Assembly (NCBI GenBank): GCA_036679605.1
Contig: JAZDCZ010000348.1
Location: 1 to 11,974 of the forward strand
DNA: 11,974 bases
DNA from: Gemmatimonadota bacterium
GTDB lineage: Bacteria > Gemmatimonadota > Gemmatimonadetes > Gemmatimonadales > GWC2-71-9
Reading direction: 5' to 3'
Shown here: one piece after another, positions 6,503-11,974 of the stretch
Layout: every line of letters begins with the position of its first letter
Numbering within the stretch: position 1 is the first letter of the stretch
Position numbers and translations under genes: made by a program
The notes under the pieces: model-generated
What the model was told of the DNA's origin: nothing
The model's input: only the letters and a program-made list of their open reading frames with translations
The model's database searches: none

Positions 6503-7231
6503 TCACTTCCATGTGATCTCCATGGCGAAAAAGTGGTCGAACGTCGCTCGGGTGGGGTTGTTTCGAGAATCCTGTTCCGGGCTCCTGATAAAGAAGTCGA
6601 GTTGCTGCATTGCGGGGTTCACTGCTCCCGCCGAGGACTTCTTATTGAGCAAGGGATAATTCACCTTCAAGCTCTCTCGGTCCCGCATCCCTTGGGTGAC
6701 CATGAAGTGCATCTGGTACTCCGCGTATAACGGCTCACCGTTGAGCGTCGCGTGGCCGTATCCCCACCCGGCGATGTAGATGAAGGTCTTCGGCCAATTC
6801 GTGTCACCACACCCGGAATCGCCGTGCTCGTAAAGGTAGGCTGCCACACCGCCGTTCTGACACGGGCTGAACTCGTGGAACCGATCAATCTCGATCACGA
6901 GGTTTCCTTCCGGTACAGCGAGCCGTGCCACAAAGCGTCCGGTGTTCTCGACTTCATTGACATCGACCTCCACCGTTCCGTCTGCACTACGCAGATTCGT
7001 GCCGTCGTTCCCCATATGATCCCAACCGGGGGCATCCTCGAGACCGCCCACTTGATACACCCGCGCGGCCGATAACACGAAGTGACCGTCGTAAAGATCA
7101 TGCTGCTCCGGAGCGTAAAGGGTGATCTCAGCACCCGGCTGTCTGCGGGGTGTTGCCTCCTGGGCACTGGCGGCCGGGGCAGTGATGGCCGCAACGGTTC
7201 CCAGTACTATGAGTGCGAACATGATCCTCAT
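6503..7231 (-). CDS. Uncharacterised secreted His/Met/Cys-containing protein
   Basis: GGAGG RBS at 7246-7242. Sec signal MRIMFALIVLGTVAAITAPAASA|Q. 242 aa, beta-strand-like patterning, 8 His and 2 Cys. Confidence 0.85.
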   Translation of the reverse strand: MRIMFALIVLGTVAAITAPAASAQEATPRRQPGAEITLYAPEQHDLYDGHFVLSAARVYQVGGLEDAPGWDHMGNDGTNLRSADGTVEVDVNEVENTGRFVARLAVPEGNLVIEIDRFHEFSPCQNGGVAAYLYEHGDSGCGDTNWPKTFIYIAGWGYGHATLNGEPLYAEYQMHFMVTQGMRDRESLKVNYPLLNKKSSAGAVNPAMQQLDFFIRSPEQDSRNNPTRATFDHFFAMEITWK

Positions 7232-7263
7232 GATTACCGAACCTCCGTTCCTATCCTTTGCGG

Positions 7264-7998
7264 TTATGGCTCTTCGCGAGCGAGCGTGTACTCAATCTCG
7301 ATCCGTGAAATCCTACCGGGCTCGATGTCGACCGGGACCTGCCGGGTGCCGAGCTTCTCATGCCAGAGTTCCAACCTGTAGCTCCCTGGCGGAATTTCGG
7401 AAATGTGAAAACGCCCCTGCGCGTCCGTGACTGCATGAAAGGGGTGCTCGTCCACGCGAATGAACGATTTCATCCAGCCGTGGACATCACAAAGAACGCT
7501 GATGGTTCCGGCGAATCGAGTGACGCGGGAAACCATCATCCCACTGGCCGGTAGCGAGATATTCCCCCGCAGGACACCGTAATAGTGTGTGGTGTGCAGG
7601 GTTGGATCGCCGTTTGTGGCCACGATCGTGTCTCCGACGGTGGCGACAGCTACATGAGGCTCGAACCGGCAATCACGGTTATCCACGACCACTCTCTGCG
7701 GCAAACGTGCAGGGACCCGGTCCTGCGGTACTCCCACCAGGGTGGCAATCGCGTAGCGAATCCCTCGGTTTTCAGTAGCGACGACCAAATCCTCCAGGGT
7801 CTGCTCCCGACCGCATACCTCAGGGTCGGTGGCGTTCTCTACAGTTGTGGAGAATGGCACGCTATTGCCAGCCAGACGTACGAAGCCCTCGATGGCGCCG
7901 GACTGTCGGAAAACGAAATCGTGCAGCAGAGGAGAATCATCGCGGTGCACAGCAGCCACAAGGGCGAACCACACAACCGCCGCGGAAACACCCACCAT
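7264..7998 (-). CDS. Cupredoxin-like protein fused to a carboxypeptidase-regulatory-like (transthyretin-fold) domain
   Basis: CRFEPHV, N.DPTLHTTH, CDVHGWM, HPFHAVTD..GRF.I..IPPG.Y.L..WHEKLG. Start uncertain: ATG 7998 precedes a hydrophobic leader, and the ORF is open to TTG 8079. Confidence 0.85.
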   Translation of the reverse strand: MVGVSAAVVWFALVAAVHRDDSPLLHDFVFRQSGAIEGFVRLAGNSVPFSTTVENATDPEVCGREQTLEDLVVATENRGIRYAIATLVGVPQDRVPARLPQRVVVDNRDCRFEPHVAVATVGDTIVATNGDPTLHTTHYYGVLRGNISLPASGMMVSRVTRFAGTISVLCDVHGWMKSFIRVDEHPFHAVTDAQGRFHISEIPPGSYRLELWHEKLGTRQVPVDIEPGRISRIEIEYTLAREEP

Positions 7999-8288
7999 CA
8001 CGCCACTCGATCGAGGCGTTCGATCATCTCCGACGGTCGTCGGTCGCCGATGCTTACGCGTGTGCAAAGACGACGGCAACCCGGTAGCGGGTGGCGTGGT
8101 TGTGTATTGCGGTCTCCTGGTTCGAGCCTGCAGGGAGTCGTTGGAAAATCGGGGCTTGGCGGCAGATGCACAAGAGTACTAACCACGGTCGCTCCGGATC
8201 ACACTGACGGGATCACCTATTCATAGTTCAAAACCCTAACCTGCCCACCTATCGACGGAGAAGGCACGAGATGAATCGGGGATTGACG

Positions 8289-9995
8289 CTATGCGTCGGG
8301 GCGATCGAGCAGGTCCCTGACGTGGTGTGCTAGCTCGGTCAGCGTCCATGGCTTCCGCAGGAAGGGGATCGACGCACTCAGATTGGCGCGTTCCTGGACG
8401 TCGCGAGCCGAGTACCCGGAGGCAAACATGAACTTGACATCAGACCCGTCACGGCGGATCGCATCGAGCAGATCCCTGCCGCCGAGCTTCGGCATGATGA
8501 GATCGGAAAGCACCATGTCGATCCGCTCGCGGTTTGCGCGAAAGAGGGAGAGCCCTTCGGCGCCATTGGCAGCCTCCACCACGGTGTACCCGAATTTCGT
8601 GAGTGCGCGGGTGGCGGTACGCCGGAGAATATCTTCGTCTTCCACTAGGAGAATAGTCTCCGTGCCGCCGCAGAGTGGCCGCTCTCGTTCCGCTTGAGTC
8701 TCGGTATGGGGAGCGTTGTCTACGGCGGGGAAGTACAGTTTGATCGTAGTGCCCTCGCCGATCTCGCTGTACACGTGGACAAATCCCCGGTGTTGTTTCA
8801 TGAGACCGTAGATCATGGCCATGCCGAGACCCGTGCCTTTTCCCGGTGCCTTCGTGGTGAAGAACGGCTCGAAAAGTCTAGCTTGCGTTTGCTCGTCCAT
8901 TCCGACTCCAGTATCGGAGACGGCTACGCAAACGTATTTTCCTTCCACCACCCATGGATGGGTTTCTCGATAGTCGTCGCCAAGTTCTGCGCTGGAAACC
9001 TCGAGCCGGATGCTACCGCCATTGGGGATGGCATCGCGTGCGTTCGTGACAAGGTTCATGAGGATCTGCTGCACCGCAGTTTTGTCTGCCTCGACCGCTC
9101 TTGTGGGAGCATCCCCGTAGGTGTGGATCTCAATGTTCTCCGGAATCAAGTGACGCAACATCTCGGATTGGTCTACTACGAGCCGTTGCAGGTCTATGGT
9201 GCGGATGCGCAGCTCGGCCTGCCGGCTGAATCCAAGCAACTGAGCCACGACGGTCGCGCCTGTACGGCCCGCCGCGATGATGTCTTCCGCATTGGAACGA
9301 AGTTCGGCCAGCTCAGGTGGGAGAGACGTAGAGACCAGCTCGGCGTTCGCGAGAATCACCGACAAGATATTGTTGAAATCGTGCGCGATGCCTCCGGTGA
9401 GTTGGCCGACTGCCTCTATCTTCTGTGATTGACGCAGCCGGTCTTCCAATTCGCGATGTTGCTCGTCGAGTTCCCGATGGGATCGCTTAAGACTATCCTC
9501 TTTCCGTTTTTGTTCCGTGATGTCTTGGCATGAAGTGACAATTCCGAGCGGCTCTCCGTCAGTGTCTGTCACGACATCCGACAGCAGCAGAACTGGGAAC
9601 ACCGTGCCGTCCTTCCGAACGTTCCAGCTCTGGCGCCGCCAACTAGTGAGCGACCGCAACTCCTTCTGTGTGAGCGGAGCACGGTGCTCTTCCAAAGTGA
9701 GGATCCCGACGTCCTCGCCGATGAGTTCCTCAGGGGAATAGCCGTGCAATGCGGCGTCAGCCGGGTTGGTGTACACGATTTCCCCGTCCGCATCGGTTAT
9801 GGTGACGCCGAGTTGCATTGTCTCGAGTGCTTTTTCAAGACGCCGCAACTGGTGATCGCGGGCATCGACCGATGATTTGCCCTTGGAGGTGCCATTCTTG
9901 CGGCGTGCGTGCTTGGGGGGAGACTCCGATGCCGGAGCGTGCAAGACATGAGGCACCGACGAACTCCGATTCGACTTAGGCGATCCGTGCTTCAT
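8289..9995 (-). CDS. Soluble PAS-domain hybrid histidine kinase/response regulator (CckA-like architecture)
   Basis: PAS/PAC (IVYTNPA...GYSPEELIG...RKDGTVFPV...DITE), H-box [12 protein letters not shown]-box [28 protein letters not shown], receiver (LLVEDE, SDLIMP, SGY, KP). GGAGG RBS at 10008-10004. Confidence 0.96.
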   Translation of the reverse strand: MKHGSPKSNRSSSVPHVLHAPASESPPKHARRKNGTSKGKSSVDARDHQLRRLEKALETMQLGVTITDADGEIVYTNPADAALHGYSPEELIGEDVGILTLEEHRAPLTQKELRSLTSWRRQSWNVRKDGTVFPVLLLSDVVTDTDGEPLGIVTSCQDITEQKRKEDSLKRSHRELDEQHRELEDRLRQSQKIEAVGQLTGGIAHDFNNILSVILANAELVSTSLPPELAELRSNAEDIIAAGRTGATVVAQLLGFSRQAELRIRTIDLQRLVVDQSEMLRHLIPENIEIHTYGDAPTRAVEADKTAVQQILMNLVTNARDAIPNGGSIRLEVSSAELGDDYRETHPWVVEGKYVCVAVSDTGVGMDEQTQARLFEPFFTTKAPGKGTGLGMAMIYGLMKQHRGFVHVYSEIGEGTTIKLYFPAVDNAPHTETQAERERPLCGGTETILLVEDEDILRRTATRALTKFGYTVVEAANGAEGLSLFRANRERIDMVLSDLIMPKLGGRDLLDAIRRDGSDVKFMFASGYSARDVQERANLSASIPFLRKPWTLTELAHHVRDLLDRPDA

Positions 9996-10000
9996 GTCTG

Positions 10001-10097
10001 TACCCTCCGGTAACCCGGCCGCCTTCGGAGTTGGATTTCGAAGGCCCGTTGGCTTTGCGTACGACGGTCACCCGCCGCTTGCCTTTTTCGAACGGCA
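10001..10097 (-). ncRNA. Cyclic di-GMP-I (GEMM) riboswitch
   Basis: Minus strand reads UUCG AAAAA GGCAA GCGGCGG GUGA CCGUCGU ACGC AAAGCC AACGG GCCUUCG-11nt-CGAAGGC GGCCG GGUUACC GGAGG. This gives the GEMM GGCAA / ACGCAAAGC / GGUUACC landmarks, a GNRA-capped P2, P3, and equivalents of Vc2 G20 (10083), A47 (10056) and C92 (10010). Confidence 0.93.
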
Positions 10098-10141
10098 GCT
10101 ATTTGCCGTGAGCGGCTCTTTGCCGATCACTCCTACTCAAA

Positions 10142-10157
10142 AGCAATACCCGTGCCG
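10142..10157 (-). promoter_or_regulatory. Sigma-54 (-24/-12) promoter
   Basis: Minus strand CGGCACG-GGTA-TTGCT against consensus TGGCACG-N4-TTGCW with exact spacing. Predicted start near 10131, just upstream of the riboswitch. Confidence 0.82.
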
Positions 10158-10172
10158 TGTGTGTGAGTTGAC

Positions 10173-10197
10173 TAACATGATGAGTGGCAACCCGTTA
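10173..10197. promoter_or_regulatory. Possible IHF-like site(s) upstream of the sigma-54 promoter
   Basis: TAA-CATG-ATG...CAA-CCCG-TTA: an imperfect inverted pair of the CAANNNNTTR core, where IHF sites usually sit in sigma-54 promoters. The WAT prefix is not matched. Confidence 0.35.
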
Positions 10198-10320
10198 CAC
10201 AGCTAGTCGATGAGGGGACTTGGTCTGAAACGAGGCACCATGGTTAAAACGCCGCAATATGCGGCCGGCCCAATCGAGTCACCGATCGTGCGTTCTTGCG
10301 GCTCACAGCGATCGGATCAC

Positions 10321-11973
10321 CTATTCAGAGTGCAAGACCGTAACAGGGTCGACCTTCGCCGCTCGACGTGCCGGAATCACGCTTGCAGCTACTGACACCA
10401 CGCCGAGCACCACCGTCACTACTAGGAAGGTGATGGGATCAGTCGCCTCTACGCCGAATAGCAATCCCTCGAGGAGTCGCGTCAGCGAATATGCTCCAAC
10501 AAGTCCGACCCCGACCCCGATGGCGACGAGACCCAGGCTTTGGCCTACTACAAGCCTGCCAATGTCGCTGCCCGCAGCGCCCAAAGCGATTCTGACACCC
10601 ATCTCGCGCGAGCGACGGCTGACCCCGTACGAGACGACGCCGTAGAGTCCGACCGCAGCCAGGACAAGCGCGACTGCTGCGAAGAGCGAAAGTAGGCGTG
10701 TCAGGAATTGCTCCGAGGCGAGCGAGTCTCGTACGACGGTCTCCATTGTCGCGAGTCGCGAGAGCGCGAGGTTGGGATCGGCGGCTGCAATTTCCCGCCT
10801 CACCGCGGGCATGAGCGAAACAGGATCCACCGAAGCGCGAATGACGAGCGAGAGAAAACCTGTCGGTGCCTGTGCGTACGGCAGGTAGAGGGCGTTACGA
10901 CTTTCGGTCTGGATGCCGAAGTTCTTGATGTCCTGGGCGACGCCAATGATCTCGCGCCATGTACTGCCGAGGCTGATCCGCTGCCCTATTGGGTTACCAT
11001 CCGCGAAATGGCGGCTAGCCAGCGTCTCGTTAATGATGACGACGGGCGGTGCTTGAGCGTCGTCGCTCGCGGTAAAGGTTCGTCCCTCAAGAACAGAAAT
11101 ACCTACGGCTTCCAGGTATCCCGGAGTGGCCTGTCTGTACCACACGGCTTTTTGTTCTCCCGGTTTCGGCACCGGTCTGCCTTCGATCTTGAATCCCGTG
11201 TCGTGGTCATTGCCGGTGAGGGGTAGTGAGTAGGTCGAACCTACCTGTTCGACTCCGGGGATTGTTCTGACCCGCTCCTCGAGATCGGTGAAGAAAATGT
11301 AGCGCGCGCTCCTGTCGGCGTACCGCGCCACCGGTAGGCCGAGGCTCGCTGTCAGCAGACCCTGTGGATTGAATCCGAGGTCCACAGCATTCAACCGTTG
11401 GAAGCTTCTGAGTAGCAGGCCAGCTCCCGTAAGTAACACCAGTGCCAGAGCAACTTGGGTTATCACGAGTGCGCTTCTCAAACCGCGTTTGCGCGCACCC
11501 GCCTCGGCGCCCCTGCCGCCTTCCTTGAGCGACTCCTGGAGATCGCCGCGCGAGGATTTGAGTGCCGGGAGTATCCCGAACAAGAATCCGGCCGCTACAG
11601 TGATTGCCGCGGCGAATCCCAGAATGCGGCCGTCTACGGCCACCTCATCTATGCGGGGTGTGCCTTGCGGTGCGAGCGAGACCAAGAGGTCGGTTCCCCA
11701 GAACGCCAAGACCAGCCCGGTGACACCGCCCATCAACGCCAGTAATCCGCTTTCCGTCATCAACTGTGTCACGATTCTCGAACGGTTGGCTCCCAGTGCG
11801 GCACGTATGGCCAACTCACCGCTTCGAGTGGTACCGCGTGCCAGCAACAGATTTGCCACGTTTACGCACGCGATCAGTAGCACGAACCCCACCGCGGCCA
11901 ACAGAACCCAAAGGCCGGTGCGTGTTTGTGCAACCAGGTCATCGCGCAAGGGGAACAGTGCGTATCCCACGCC
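10321..11973 (-). CDS. FtsX/MacB-type duplicated ABC permease (ADOP-like), 5' end outside window
   Basis: LLIACVNVANLLLARG..R..ELAIRAALGA, LVITQVALALVLLTGAGLLLRSF..L..VDLGF, GLYGVVSY.V.RR.REMGVRIALGA, IPARRAAKVDP..VL. Confidence 0.96.
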   Translation of the reverse strand, partial: GVGYALFPLRDDLVAQTRTGLWVLLAAVGFVLLIACVNVANLLLARGTTRSGELAIRAALGANRSRIVTQLMTESGLLALMGGVTGLVLAFWGTDLLVSLAPQGTPRIDEVAVDGRILGFAAAITVAAGFLFGILPALKSSRGDLQESLKEGGRGAEAGARKRGLRSALVITQVALALVLLTGAGLLLRSFQRLNAVDLGFNPQGLLTASLGLPVARYADRSARYIFFTDLEERVRTIPGVEQVGSTYSLPLTGNDHDTGFKIEGRPVPKPGEQKAVWYRQATPGYLEAVGISVLEGRTFTASDDAQAPPVVIINETLASRHFADGNPIGQRISLGSTWREIIGVAQDIKNFGIQTESRNALYLPYAQAPTGFLSLVIRASVDPVSLMPAVRREIAAADPNLALSRLATMETVVRDSLASEQFLTRLLSLFAAVALVLAAVGLYGVVSYGVSRRSREMGVRIALGAAGSDIGRLVVGQSLGLVAIGVGVGLVGAYSLTRLLEGLLFGVEATDPITFLVVTVVLGVVSVAASVIPARRAAKVDPVTVLHSE

Positions 11974-11974
11974 C

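Noticed and set aside
10001..10097. c-AMP-GMP (GEMM-Ib) specificity
   Set aside because: The discriminating position (10083) is G, not A.
10282..10315. Intrinsic terminator after the permease (CCGATCG...CGATCGG stem)
   Set aside because: A stem is present but with a large loop and no U-tract, so it cannot be called a terminator.
9994..10395. Plus-strand ORFs 9994..10206 and 10210..10395
   Set aside because: They are antisense to the riboswitch/promoter and the permease end, with no protein features.
1175..11745. Remaining nested or antisense ORFs inside the large genes
   Set aside because: Typical shadow ORFs of GC-rich coding DNA, fully overlapping genes with clear family motifs.

Overview
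GC-rich bacterial window; the kinase type and the duplicated orphan permease suggest a Gemmatimonadota/Acidobacteriota-like host (inference). Plus strand: 3' end of a PiT phosphate transporter; a non-coding stretch with a 139-bp multibranched palindrome and a GGCGGTA repeat tract; an 899-aa membrane Ser/Thr kinase with TolB/PD40-like propeller repeats; an inverted heptamer-repeat spacer; a 37-codon stub of a second kinase; a small protein + nucleotidyltransferase pair (TA-like); and a coupled pair of an apparently exported acetamidase/formamidase and a cytochrome P460-family lipoprotein lacking the cross-link Lys. Minus strand: 3' part of an FtsX/MacB-type (ADOP-like) permease; a sigma-54 promoter and a c-di-GMP-I riboswitch in front of a PAS hybrid histidine kinase; and a cupredoxin-like protein followed by an uncharacterised secreted His-rich protein. 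The best-supported non-ORF signals are the sigma-54 + riboswitch leader and the large palindrome.
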